From a candidate division CPR2 bacterium GW2011_GWC2_39_35 (GTDB lineage Bacteria > Patescibacteriota > CPR2), in contig LBWX01000002.1 in NCBI GenBank assembly GCA_000995065.1, positions 223,708-287,707 of the forward strand: a DNA stretch of 64,000 nucleotides. The letters are read 5' to 3'. The position numbers and the translations under genes are program-made. Of this stretch, positions 48,494 to 58,313 are shown in pieces; within the stretch, counting starts at the first letter, position 1; every line of letters begins with the position of its first letter. Below the pieces are notes generated by a model. The model was given only the letters and a program-made list of their open reading frames with translations. It had not been told where the DNA came from and did not search any database.

Positions 48494-49879
48494 CTAAATA
48501 GTTGTAAAATAAGTTTTAAATTCACCTCTTTTGGCAATGATTTCCTTCAACTTTGCGCTATCGATACCCAACACACTTAGCAGTGATATTTTCATATATA
48601 TCTCTAGAACGATATTTACTCTAAACAATTCGACTGACGTAAGCAACTTATTTGAGCTCATTTTTAATGCATGCACGTAATTATTCCTAGTGTTTACAAT
48701 CTTTTTAATAATTTCATCATCCAATCCAATAGCTCCAGCATCTATGCAAAACGCCTCAATATCCTTCATTTTTCCCCTTAAAGAAAATTCAAAACCAAAA
48801 GCTGCCATGCTTTTTAATTTTTCTGCGTCGTCTTCAGATAGCGGCGCCGTTACTTTTTTCAACCATTCTTTATGCTCTTTCTTCCGCTTGTCAGTTACTG
48901 GATTGAGAAATCTTTTATGGAAAGATTCAACCGAAGATATCAGAGATAAAAATTTTGTAATGTCGGAAGCATTACCACTCCGACATGTTTTGATTGATTC
49001 CCATATTTCTCTTATTTCTTCATAATTATTAAACCAATATTTAATCATATTTTTCTTGATTTCATCTCTGATGTCCTCAAATTCAAATAACAACGAATAA
49101 GCACTTTCTCTCTCTGGCAATTGAAATGTGGCTGGAGAACTCAAGGATATTATGCTTAAAGTTGGGCTAATTTTTTTGCGAGGTCCTTTAAGATCTGAAG
49201 AAAAAATAATTTGATTAGTTTGCTCTTTAAATAAAAAGTTAAAAAATTCCTCAACAACTTTTAACATTATGACGGCTGACCAATAAGTCTGCTCATTAGA
49301 GAACTCAATTCTAATTAAATCATTATGAACTGCCCTAAATGATCTATCATATTGAAAATCAACTTGAAAATTCGTACTCATTTTCAAAGTACCATATGGC
49401 GGCAGTTCTACATCAAAATAATAGTTTTTTTTGTTCTTAAAACTTCTTGAATCACCATCAAAGTCTAGCAAGTTATCGTTAAAGAAAGTGTGAATGCCAG
49501 GTATTTCGCACTCAATATTCTTGATTTTCACTGGTATTTCCTTGTTACTCCAATTCTGTACAACGGCTAGCATCGAAGTAAAGTAAAGATCACTTTTACT
49601 GTAGAAGGGAATTCTTTTGTAGCCATTGAGATCGAATAATTTTATGCGAGAAAAATCACTTTTAGCTGCCGCATAATTAAATTTTTTAGGAAAATCTTCT
49701 AAATTTTTCCCTTGAATGTTCAATTCGAGGGATAAATCTGGAAAGCTTAGAAAGCCGTTCTTTTTTATTCCATTTCCAAAGGACCACATTCTTTTTTCTT
49801 TATAAGCATACAGTCCGTCAACTTTCGTGGTTAAGTCAATGTATGGTTCTTTAGAGAAAATTGTATTATTCTTTGCCAT
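48494..49879 (-). CDS. ApeA-like HEPN-domain protein (putative anti-phage RNase)
   Basis: KFLSLISSVESFH and RNNYVH (RxxxxH) HEPN motifs; low GC. Confidence 0.75.
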   Translation of the reverse strand: MAKNNTIFSKEPYIDLTTKVDGLYAYKEKRMWSFGNGIKKNGFLSFPDLSLELNIQGKNLEDFPKKFNYAAAKSDFSRIKLFDLNGYKRIPFYSKSDLYFTSMLAVVQNWSNKEIPVKIKNIECEIPGIHTFFNDNLLDFDGDSRSFKNKKNYYFDVELPPYGTLKMSTNFQVDFQYDRSFRAVHNDLIRIEFSNEQTYWSAVIMLKVVEEFFNFLFKEQTNQIIFSSDLKGPRKKISPTLSIISLSSPATFQLPERESAYSLLFEFEDIRDEIKKNMIKYWFNNYEEIREIWESIKTCRSGNASDITKFLSLISSVESFHKRFLNPVTDKRKKEHKEWLKKVTAPLSEDDAEKLKSMAAFGFEFSLRGKMKDIEAFCIDAGAIGLDDEIIKKIVNTRNNYVHALKMSSNKLLTSVELFRVNIVLEIYMKISLLSVLGIDSAKLKEIIAKRGEFKTYFTTI

Positions 49880-50043
49880 ATTTCACAAAAATTAGCATAC
49901 CGATCGGCATGCTAATTGCTTAGTAGGTCGACCGGTGGTTAATCGGTCTGTTATTTATTATTATTTGCCCTTCGACAAGCTCTCCTCGAGTCTGAGCGAC
50001 CTCGGAGTCGAAGACAGGGCATTTTCCGCCTTGCGGCGTAAAA

Positions 50044-50120
50044 TGGCGACCCGGACCAGACTCGAACTGGCGACCTCCTGCGTGACAGGCAGGCGTTCTA
50101 ACCAACTGAACTACCGGGCC
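50044..50120 (-). tRNA. tRNA-Asp (GTC)
   Basis: GGCCCGG...CCTGC CT GTC AC GCAGG...CCGGGTCGCCA on the minus strand. Confidence 0.95.
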
Positions 50121-50277
50121 TTAATTAGGAAGAAGGAATAATTAAGAAGCAAAAATTCTTCCTTATTACTTTTTCCTGTTTTGAACCTTCATAATATACC
50201 AAAAAAAGGGGGGAATGTAAAGAATATGTCCCTGAACCACCCTCACTTTTTCAAAAACAAGAAAAATAACTCTAGTT

Positions 50278-50357
50278 GTCATTCCCGCGTAGGCGGGAAT
50301 CTAGGAAACTCATTACATTTCCAAGCCTTCTGGATCCTAAGTTTTCACGGGGATGAC
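50278..50357. repeat. REP-like palindromic element
   Basis: gtcattcccgcgtaggcgggaatct ... cacggggatgac. Confidence 0.72.
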
Positions 50358-50396
50358 AAAAAGTGAGAGTAGTTCAGGATATGTCCTGCGGGGGTG

Positions 50397-50729
50397 TTAT
50401 TTTTTTGCTCTCAAGGCTTTTTTAAAATTGCCGTCAAATTTATCTAAAAATTCATGGAGTTCGATTAGTTCGTCGGCGGAAATCTCTTCGGCTTCCTCAA
50501 ATTTCTTTAATTCGCCTCGTATAAGATCTAATTTATTTTTTTGAGGGTTCATAATGACGGTGGCCATTACCGCCAAGTCGCAATGCTGGCAGTTCATTTC
50601 CAATAAATAAGAAAAATTAAAAGTCCCCAAATACTTGATTTCGTTTTTGTCGTATGCCTTACCGCAAAGAGGGCATTTAAGCGTGCTTTTTAGTTTTTCT
50701 AGGATTTTGTTAAATTCTTTTTCGCTCAT
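50397..50729 (-). CDS. Zinc-ribbon hypothetical protein
   Basis: CPLC...CQHC; ISADELIELHEFL. Confidence 0.75.
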   Translation of the reverse strand: MSEKEFNKILEKLKSTLKCPLCGKAYDKNEIKYLGTFNFSYLLEMNCQHCDLAVMATVIMNPQKNKLDLIRGELKKFEEAEEISADELIELHEFLDKFDGNFKKALRAKK

Positions 50730-50741
50730 GCCGGTATTCTA

Positions 50742-52445
50742 TCACACCTCTACTTTGTTTTCATCTTTTTTCACGCATTTTGGCGTTACGTACCAGCCGA
50801 TGTATTGTCCAAACATCACTCTAGTTTGGGATTCTAGGGCCGGAAAAGTACTAAGACAAATAACTATCGGAGGTAAAAACAGCCATTGTGAAATCATAGA
50901 AACCATTTTTAATTTAGAGTATTTCTTGGGTCTCTTGGGAAGCAGGATGATGCTAATCCACATGGAAATTACGAGACCAATGGCTGTAACAGTTAGAATT
51001 CGGCTAGCCACAATAGGTAGATTATGGGCGATGGCGCTGGTATCTCCAAATTCGGGATTTAAAAAGAGGGGAAGCCAGGCGACAAAGGCGACAATCAGAG
51101 ATCCGGTGGCAAGTTGTACCGTGCCTTCGTAATGGCGCCAAACCTGAAGCAGGCGATACCAAAGCGGGATGTTAGTATTATTGATAGCGTTAATAACAAT
51201 GTAGGGGAAATCGGAGACGCCATAATACCAGCGCCGTCTTTGAAGATACTGGGCTTTTAAAGTTCTTAAATAGGAATTAGACAATACGGCGTCGCAGTAA
51301 ACAGGGACAAAGATAGGAATCACGGAATATTCTCCATCGAAAGAGAAGAAAGAGCGCCAATATTGTTTTCCATCTTCAACGATGCTAAATCTATCCCAAT
51401 AATCAACAATTTCTAAAGCTTTAAGGCTCATGGCGTGGCCGGCAAAGTTTCTGAGCCTTCTAAGCCTAATGGATTCTATCATCTGCCAAAAAGATGAATT
51501 AACGGCCATTACTCTATTTGGAGCCGGTGTATCCCAAAGATTATTATGGAATAGGGGGATAGACTGAAAACTCTTATTATGTCGATCCGGCGTGGTAACG
51601 AACTTATAGGCAAGGGCGGCCAAGTAATCCGGATGAACCTTGGTATCGCAGTCTAAGGAAGAAACAATAACTTGCTCCGATTTGATGCCTTTTTCATGAA
51701 GCATTTTTCTTATCTCTTTTGCGGCCCAGGATACGGCTGCTCCCTTAACCTTTCCTTCGTCTGGCAGGCCATCCGGGTGTTCTAGGGTTAAGAATTCGAA
51801 AAATTTGCCGTGATTGTATTTTTTACGTAGAATTTGGGCGTTTTCCCTAAATCTTTCTTTGTCTCTCTCCTCGCCTACTAAGCAGTAAATTACCTTGTTC
51901 AAGGGATAATTACTTTTCAGGAGCGCCTCAGCGGCCGGCTCTAAAGCCTCTATCTCTTCTTTATGGGTGGGAAAAATAATTACTTGATAAACTTCTTGCC
52001 AATCGGCAATCGAATCCTGATTTCCATGAAGATGGCTTAAGTCCCTAATTTTGTGGAGCAGGAGGTTGTATTCTGCTCTTAGTTTTTTGGCTTTTCTAAA
52101 GCTTAATTTTTCCATTCGTTTCTTTAAAGATCCAAGCTCTTTTTGGGTTTTCTTATATGCGGCGTCAACATTTTCGGTTTCTTTGCATCTTTTGAGCCAA
52201 TCGAAAGATAAGCTTACCTGAAAGTTTTTATAGGCAACCAGAATACTCTTGGAGACGTTTAAGGCCCTAAAGAACCAATACAGGTCGTAAGCAATGATGT
52301 AATACATTACTACAACCGGATTTATGATAGAAAACACAATCGGAAAGACGAGAACCGTCCAGGTTGTGGCTCCGGGAATAATTTCTAATAGTCTTATGAA
52401 TTTATGGTTTTCGGTTAATCGAGTTCTAAAATTTTGGGATATCAT
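50742..52445 (-). CDS. Membrane glycosyltransferase, family 2
   Basis: LDCD (DxD), IVED, QRRRW processive-GT2 motif; TM helices. Confidence 0.85.
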   Translation of the reverse strand: MISQNFRTRLTENHKFIRLLEIIPGATTWTVLVFPIVFSIINPVVVMYYIIAYDLYWFFRALNVSKSILVAYKNFQVSLSFDWLKRCKETENVDAAYKKTQKELGSLKKRMEKLSFRKAKKLRAEYNLLLHKIRDLSHLHGNQDSIADWQEVYQVIIFPTHKEEIEALEPAAEALLKSNYPLNKVIYCLVGEERDKERFRENAQILRKKYNHGKFFEFLTLEHPDGLPDEGKVKGAAVSWAAKEIRKMLHEKGIKSEQVIVSSLDCDTKVHPDYLAALAYKFVTTPDRHNKSFQSIPLFHNNLWDTPAPNRVMAVNSSFWQMIESIRLRRLRNFAGHAMSLKALEIVDYWDRFSIVEDGKQYWRSFFSFDGEYSVIPIFVPVYCDAVLSNSYLRTLKAQYLQRRRWYYGVSDFPYIVINAINNTNIPLWYRLLQVWRHYEGTVQLATGSLIVAFVAWLPLFLNPEFGDTSAIAHNLPIVASRILTVTAIGLVISMWISIILLPKRPKKYSKLKMVSMISQWLFLPPIVICLSTFPALESQTRVMFGQYIGWYVTPKCVKKDENKVEV

Positions 52446-52452
52446 TTTTCTC

Positions 52453-52827
52453 CTAGACTAAATATACAAATAAAGATGTTTGAATTAAAAGTAGCAGCGA
52501 TATAAGGGCGCTAAGAACAGCTAAGGTGTAGGAAATAAACTGCTCAGAATTATAATATTTTGTGGCGATTATGCTATTGATAAAGAAAATAATAGTCCCC
52601 AACAAGGGCATATAATATAGCTTATACCAATGTCCGATAGTCTTAGAGTAAGAACTATAACGAATAGGAATCTCAAATTCGGTTGGCTTAATATTTAGAA
52701 TCAAGTAACTAAGCGTTGACAGCAAGATAATAATACTAACTATCCACGAAGTAATAATAATTTTATTTCGGATGATTAGTTTGAAATTATGTTTTAATAA
52801 TTCGATTTCTTGGCTAATTTTACGCAT
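52453..52827 (-). CDS. Hypothetical membrane protein
   Basis: Three TM helices, IPIRYS loop. Confidence 0.7.
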   Translation of the reverse strand: MRKISQEIELLKHNFKLIIRNKIIITSWIVSIIILLSTLSYLILNIKPTEFEIPIRYSSYSKTIGHWYKLYYMPLLGTIIFFINSIIATKYYNSEQFISYTLAVLSALISLLLLIQTSLFVYLV

Positions 52828-52846
52828 ATTTTTTTGATTAATGATT

Positions 52847-52921
52847 TGGAGCCGATGGGCGGGATCGAACCGCCACTCTTCGCTTTACGAAAGCGCTGCT
52901 TTACCATTAAGCTACATCGGC
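52847..52921 (-). tRNA. tRNA-Thr (CGT)
   Basis: GCCGATG...TT CGT AA...CATCGGCTCCA on the minus strand. Confidence 0.92.
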
Positions 52922-53099
52922 GGCATGCAACGTAAGGTATGTGGAGAGGTTAATCCATCCCCTTAACTTAAGTTAAATTGACAATAAAAAACAAGGCATT
53001 TCACCTCTTAAACATGATTATTTTAACATATATTTGAAGAAATTCAAAATTCAAAAATCAAAAGGCAAAATTTCAATGCAAAGTTTAAAATTTTAGACA

Positions 53100-53564
53100 T
53101 TAAAAGAAAAGACTTTTCTTTTCTAGATAATTAGCGCTTTTTTCGAATCCAAATTTTTCATAAAAGGGGAAGTTTTTAGAGCTGGTTCCTAGAGTAAATT
53201 GAGTTTTAGGAAATTTCTCCAAACATTTCTCAACTAATTTTTTTCCTATTCCTTGTCTTTGGTATGTTGGCAACACGGCTAAATCATAAATGACTGATCT
53301 TGTGGTTTTATCAGTCAGAACTCTAGCTATACCAATTAGCTTGTTATTATCCCACGCTGATAAAACATATGTCGAATTCTTAAAAGAATCATAAAGAACG
53401 TCGTCCTTATCTTCTGCGTCAATAAATAGAGTGTCGTTGGCAATGCTATCAACTATTTCCATAGTTGCAGGTTTGTTATCCGGAGATTTGATCCAGCCTA
53501 CTAAGTTAAAGAGATTATATAGTTGGTCTTTATTTAGATCGTTAGTTTCTTTAAATGTAATCAT
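53100..53564 (-). CDS. GNAT family N-acetyltransferase
   Basis: LAVLPTYQRQGIGKKL, FYEKFGF. Confidence 0.9.
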   Translation of the reverse strand: MITFKETNDLNKDQLYNLFNLVGWIKSPDNKPATMEIVDSIANDTLFIDAEDKDDVLYDSFKNSTYVLSAWDNNKLIGIARVLTDKTTRSVIYDLAVLPTYQRQGIGKKLVEKCLEKFPKTQFTLGTSSKNFPFYEKFGFEKSANYLEKKSLFF

Positions 53565-53602
53565 ACTTAATACTTTATTCTTTATACTTAATTCTTCTTA
53601 AT

Positions 53603-53676
53603 TGGAGCGAGTGAGGGGAATCGAACCCCCGTTTCAACCTTGGGAAGGTCGCGTTCTGCCATTGAACCACACTCGC
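53603..53676 (-). tRNA. tRNA-Gly (CCC)
   Basis: GCGAGTG...TT CCC AA...CACTCGCTCCA on the minus strand. Confidence 0.94.
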
Positions 53677-53798
53677 AGAGTTAGGAAACAATTAATAATA
53701 AACAACTAAAAAGTTAGAAAAGACTTTTAGTTCTTTAAATTGTTAAGCTTTGTTTCTAATATTTTACATCAATTTTCAATCAGCCATAAGCAACTTGC

Positions 53799-54269
53799 TT
53801 ATTTTATTGTCTTTTCAATCAGATCGATTACGGCTTGTTCTTTGGTAGAAATAAATGCAAATGCAATTGATAATAGAACGTGGTCGATGTATAAGTCCAC
53901 CCTTTTTTCTATTTCAAAGACCTCATCGGCTGTTAGCTCGACATTTTTGGCAAGGACTCGTAAGTGTCTCCAAAGCCTGTCTCTAAATAAGACGAAAACA
54001 TCTAATACGGTTTCTAAATTTTTTCCTTCGGGGGCTCTTTTGAAGCCAATCTCGGTTCCAATTTCGACAATTCTTTGCTCGTGGAGTCTGGCCTCGGTTC
54101 GAAGATTTACAAGAGTCGCTTCAAAAATCCTGGATCCATACTCCGTAATGTCTTCTTCAATATCAGGATAATTAAGCTTCGATTCTTTAACGCTGTCTTT
54201 CCAATATAAAAAAAAATCTTCTTTTGTTTCTTCTAGTTTAGAGGCTAGTGTTTTAAGGTTGTTGTACAT
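53799..54269 (-). CDS. Stand-alone RsbRD_N/globin-like sensor domain protein
   Basis: All-helical; IGFKRAPEG.NLETVLD.F..FRD.LW pattern. Confidence 0.55.
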   Translation of the reverse strand: MYNNLKTLASKLEETKEDFFLYWKDSVKESKLNYPDIEEDITEYGSRIFEATLVNLRTEARLHEQRIVEIGTEIGFKRAPEGKNLETVLDVFVLFRDRLWRHLRVLAKNVELTADEVFEIEKRVDLYIDHVLLSIAFAFISTKEQAVIDLIEKTIK

Positions 54270-54433
54270 TGTTTCCCCGAATTAGATTTAATTATAGAAT
54301 TTTTTAAAGTTAAACTCAAGCAGAGATGGTTTGCGGCTACCAGCAATTAACAACGGAACCCCAGGGCTTCTTACTAACACTTGAAATTTTCTTTCTTTTG
54401 TTGTAAACTTCATATGTTTATTGGAGCAAAGAA

Positions 54434-55099
54434 ATGGAAAAGCCTACATTAAAGGCGAAAAGTAGAGAAGACGGGATAAAAGCAAAAGCCCTAAGAAGAG
54501 CTGGTTTAATTCCGGGTGTTATTTATGGTAAAGGAACCAAGAATATCCCGATAGCATTTGATAAGCTCGAATTTGTCAAATTATATCGAGAAGCTGGTCA
54601 TACGATGCTTGTTCATCTTAAAATTGACGATGATAAGGCAAAAAATGTTCTTATTCATCGTCTAGAAAACGATGCTGTAAAGGGTCATGTGCAGCATGTT
54701 GATTTTTATGCTGTAAAAATGACGGAAAAGATTGTAACCTTGGTTCCGTTAAACTTCGTTGGCGAATCTGAAGCAGTTGAGACTCTTGACGGCACCATGG
54801 TAAGACAAAAGGATGAGGTTGAGGTTGAGGCGTTGCCGGGAGATTTACCGCAGCACATTGACGTCGATATTACTAAGCTTGCTGCTTTTGACGATGTGAT
54901 TCATATCGAAGACTTAGAAGCACCGGAAGGGGTTAAGATTCTGGGCGACCCAGAAGAAACCATTGCTTTTGTTGAACCGCCAAGGTCCGAAGAAGAAATG
55001 GCTGAACTTGAAGAGCCGATTGAAGAAGCATTGCCGAGTGAAGAAGAAGGAGAAGTAGCTGAGAAAGCTGCAGAGGAAGAGACTAAAGAAACTGAATAG
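54434..55099 (+). CDS. rplY: 50S ribosomal protein L25/Ctc
   Basis: LRRAGLIPGVIYG, HVDFY, acidic tail. Confidence 0.96.
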   Translation: MEKPTLKAKSREDGIKAKALRRAGLIPGVIYGKGTKNIPIAFDKLEFVKLYREAGHTMLVHLKIDDDKAKNVLIHRLENDAVKGHVQHVDFYAVKMTEKIVTLVPLNFVGESEAVETLDGTMVRQKDEVEVEALPGDLPQHIDVDITKLAAFDDVIHIEDLEAPEGVKILGDPEETIAFVEPPRSEEEMAELEEPIEEALPSEEEGEVAEKAAEEETKETE

Positions 55100-55158
55100 A
55101 CATTAAGACAATATTAAAAAAACGGGCATTATTGCCCGTTTTTTGTTATACTAAAATC

Positions 55159-56289
55159 ATGAAAGAAAAGCCAAGAAAACATCCTAAAAATAATAGGGAA
55201 GAAAAGCCAAAAGATATTAAAGGAAACCGGTTTACAAGGTTTGTAAAAAAGCATAAGATTTCGATTATTGCTGTTGTCAGTAGTTTGTTTTTGGCATTGG
55301 GCATCATTGTGGCGGCTTATTGGCCCAAAGGCGAAATTGATTTGGGTATTCCAAAGGAAGGCAAGCCAAAAAAAGTTACAAAACAAGAAGAGCCAAAATA
55401 TGAGATGCCGCTTTCCGGAGTCAAGGTTACAAACGAGAATCTAACCAAGCGCCGTCCTTTTGCGGTCTCTATTGAGAACTCTCCCGAAGCAAGGCCTCAA
55501 TCAAGCCTTAATATGGCTGATATAGTGTACGAAACGGTAGCTGAAGGCGGTATTACAAGATTCCTGGCTTTTTATCAGCAGAACGAGCCCAATGAAATTG
55601 GCCCTGTAAGGTCTGCTAGAACATATTTTCTAGACTGGGTGATGCCTTACGATGCAGTTTTTGTGCATGCCGGAGGAAGTGAAGCGGCTTTAAACCTCAT
55701 CCGCTCGTTAGGGATTAAGGAGATTGATGACTTAAAAGGCGATAAGGCTTTTTGGCGGGACAATTCAAGATATGCGCCCCATAATGACTATACTAATTAT
55801 AGTAAGATTAAAAATGTGGCTTTAAAAAAAGGATTTGATCTCGATTATAACGTAGCGGGATATAGCTTTAAGGATGACCTTAAAAAAGAAGAAAGGCTCG
55901 AGGCTCAAACCATCAATGTTAGTTTTTCCAGCGCTTCATATAATGTTTCCTGGCAGTACAATAAGGAGCGAAACTTGTACAATAGATTAATTGCTGGCAC
56001 GCCTCATTTAGACAGGGTGACGGACAAGCAAATAATGGCAAAAAACATTGTTGTTCAGGAGGTGCTGCAGTTTCCATCAAGCACAGCAGAACAGCATTCG
56101 AAAAAGACCGTCGGATCGGGTAATGCCACTATCTTTTTAGATGGTCAGGCGGTCAAAGCAATATGGAAAAAGGCAGATAGGAAATCGCCAACCAGGTTTT
56201 ATGATGCAGCCGGAAACGAAATTAAGTTTAATCGGGGCCAAACATGGTTTGAGGTTATAACTCAGTTTGGTTCGGTTAAGGCAGGCTAA
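55159..56289 (+). CDS. DUF3048 domain protein
   Basis: IENSPEARPQ, AEGGITRF, GPVRSAR, APHN. Confidence 0.9.
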   Translation: MKEKPRKHPKNNREEKPKDIKGNRFTRFVKKHKISIIAVVSSLFLALGIIVAAYWPKGEIDLGIPKEGKPKKVTKQEEPKYEMPLSGVKVTNENLTKRRPFAVSIENSPEARPQSSLNMADIVYETVAEGGITRFLAFYQQNEPNEIGPVRSARTYFLDWVMPYDAVFVHAGGSEAALNLIRSLGIKEIDDLKGDKAFWRDNSRYAPHNDYTNYSKIKNVALKKGFDLDYNVAGYSFKDDLKKEERLEAQTINVSFSSASYNVSWQYNKERNLYNRLIAGTPHLDRVTDKQIMAKNIVVQEVLQFPSSTAEQHSKKTVGSGNATIFLDGQAVKAIWKKADRKSPTRFYDAAGNEIKFNRGQTWFEVITQFGSVKAG

Positions 56290-56295
56290 GAGAAG

Positions 56296-56523
56296 ATGGA
56301 TAAAGAATTTGTAAAAAACAAAATAGTTAGTTTAAGGGTGTTTTTTCTCGTCTTTGCCTACAAAGGACATTTAAGGATCAGGAGCGTCCATGACCATCTT
56401 TTCTCAAAAGGAGGAACATACAGGCGTTGGTCGGAAAACCCTTATTCCGATTCTGTTCATAAGGCAGTTTTGCTGGCTTATCTGCTTTCCTTAATTATTT
56501 TTACCTACTTTAATCCTCGATAA
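56296..56523 (+). CDS. Small hypothetical membrane protein
   Basis: ORF directly downstream of the DUF3048 gene, hydrophobic C-terminus. Confidence 0.45.
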   Translation: MDKEFVKNKIVSLRVFFLVFAYKGHLRIRSVHDHLFSKGGTYRRWSENPYSDSVHKAVLLAYLLSLIIFTYFNPR

Positions 56524-56652
56524 CTAATTATTTTTCCCTCAAAAAGAACAAAAATTTTGTTCTTTTTTGTTTTTTGTTGTATGATGTCTAAGGGAAGAAG
56601 TTTAGCTTTTCCTTAAACTTTGTTATAATGCGCTTAAATAAGGAGTCTAAAG

Positions 56653-57243
56653 ATGCTCGAACAATTATTTGGCTCAAAAACTAGAGTAAAACTCTTAAGT
56701 CTCTTCTTTAACAATCCCCATCGTTCGTTTTACGTGAGGGAGATTACTCGTAAAGTAGATGAACAGATTAACTCTGTAAGAAGAGAACTGGCTAACTTGC
56801 AAGATCACGGGATTGTTGCGTCTCTTGCCAAGAACGGCAAGCTCTACTATGGTCTTAACAATAAATATGAATTTGCCAAAGAATTTAAATCTATTTTTAA
56901 GGCGGCGGACGTACCTCAGAAAGAGGATAACGAGGAAAAATTAGTTGTTCGATTTAAGCGAACGGGAAGTGTCGATATCGTTTTAATGATGGGATATTTT
57001 GTTCAGGATAGCGAGAGCCCCTTAGACTTGTTTATAGTTGGCAAATTGGATAAGAAAAAATTAAGAAACGTGGTAAGCGAGCTCGAAAAAGACGCTGGTA
57101 AGGAACTTAATTTTTGTGTGATGACCAAAGACGAGTATGAGTATCGAAGTACCTTGTACGATCGTTTTATTATAGATGTCATGGCTCATCCCAAAATCAC
57201 TTTAATTAATAAGCTGGAAAATGTTGGAGCGGCAAATGAATAA
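56653..57243 (+). CDS. Winged-HTH transcriptional regulator with degenerate nucleotidyltransferase-like C-terminal domain
   Basis: LFGSKTRVKLL..YVREITR..NSVRRELANL; DLFIVG. Confidence 0.75.
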   Translation: MLEQLFGSKTRVKLLSLFFNNPHRSFYVREITRKVDEQINSVRRELANLQDHGIVASLAKNGKLYYGLNNKYEFAKEFKSIFKAADVPQKEDNEEKLVVRFKRTGSVDIVLMMGYFVQDSESPLDLFIVGKLDKKKLRNVVSELEKDAGKELNFCVMTKDEYEYRSTLYDRFIIDVMAHPKITLINKLENVGAANE

Positions 57244-58282
57244 AGAAAGAGTAACGGTTGATATAAGTGTTTGGTCTGTATTAAAAGTAATATTAGCTCT
57301 TATTTTAGTAGCGCTAGTTTACTATCTAAGAGAAATAATTATACTGGTTTTTATTGCTTTTATTTTGACAACGACCTTAGAGCCAACTATCGATAGACTC
57401 CAGAGGAGAAAAGTTCCGAGGGGACTCGCCATTGCAGGGTCGTTTGCCGTAATTATTAGCATCGTCTATTTAGCTTTTGCTTCTATTATTCCTAAGCTGT
57501 CTGAACAAATAAGTGTTCTAGCCGGTAATTTGCCAACTATTGTTCAGCAATTAGGAAATCAGCTTTTTGCAAACAATCCTCAATTGGCGTCTGATTTATC
57601 CAATCAGGCAATAGAATATGCTAAAAATTTTAGGGCTTCGGTGCCTTCTGGTTTGGTGAGCGGCTTTTTTTCTACGGCGGCAGGTGTTTTTGGCTTTTTT
57701 GTAAGCGTAATTGCGGTCCTAGCCCTTACTTTTTATATGCTTTTAGAGAAAGTGGGTGCAGGAAGACCAATCTTTAAATATATCCCTGTTAATGAAAAAA
57801 ATAGGGCTATTCACATTTTTGATAAGATAACAAAGAAGCTAAGTAATTGGCTTAAAGGGCAGTTTGTTTTGTCTGGTTTTATCGGTGTTATTACTTATAT
57901 TGTGCTCATGGTAGTCGGCCTTAGAGATATGGCTTTGGCTTTAAGTCTATTTGCGGCTCTTATGGAGCTTATCCCTGTAATCGGTCCTTTTATCGCGCTA
58001 ATTCCGGCGGCTCTTCTGGCGCTCACAATTTCTCCGGCGACAGCTATAGCAGTCATGATTGCCTATCTAATAATTCAGCAGATAGAAAACCACATTTTAG
58101 TGCCTCAAGTAATGAGAAAAGCGGTGGGATTAAGTCCGCTCGTTATTCTTGTCGGAATTCTGATCGGCGCTAAAGTTTTAGGAATAATTGGAATCTTGCT
58201 AGCCGTACCCATTATTGCTTCTCTCCATGTTATTCTAGAAGAACTTTATGGGGCAAATAGCAAAACTCAAACACGACATTAA
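57236..58282 (+). CDS. AI-2E family transporter
   Basis: ELIPVIGP, QQIENHILVPQVM, LSPL, GILLAVP. Confidence 0.92.
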   Translation: MNKERVTVDISVWSVLKVILALILVALVYYLREIIILVFIAFILTTTLEPTIDRLQRRKVPRGLAIAGSFAVIISIVYLAFASIIPKLSEQISVLAGNLPTIVQQLGNQLFANNPQLASDLSNQAIEYAKNFRASVPSGLVSGFFSTAAGVFGFFVSVIAVLALTFYMLLEKVGAGRPIFKYIPVNEKNRAIHIFDKITKKLSNWLKGQFVLSGFIGVITYIVLMVVGLRDMALALSLFAALMELIPVIGPFIALIPAALLALTISPATAIAVMIAYLIIQQIENHILVPQVMRKAVGLSPLVILVGILIGAKVLGIIGILLAVPIIASLHVILEELYGANSKTQTRH

Positions 58283-58313
58283 CACTACGTAAAAGATATT
58301 TTAAGGAGGATAC

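Noticed and set aside
41100-50043. Prophage or integrase-bearing island
   Set aside because: No integrase, transposase or phage structural gene recognisable; reported only as a cassette-like accessory region.
54320-54380. Possible riboswitch or leader RNA upstream of rplY (also inspected 6960-7100 and 14640-14760)
   Set aside because: No recognisable conserved riboswitch motif by eye; would need a covariance-model search.
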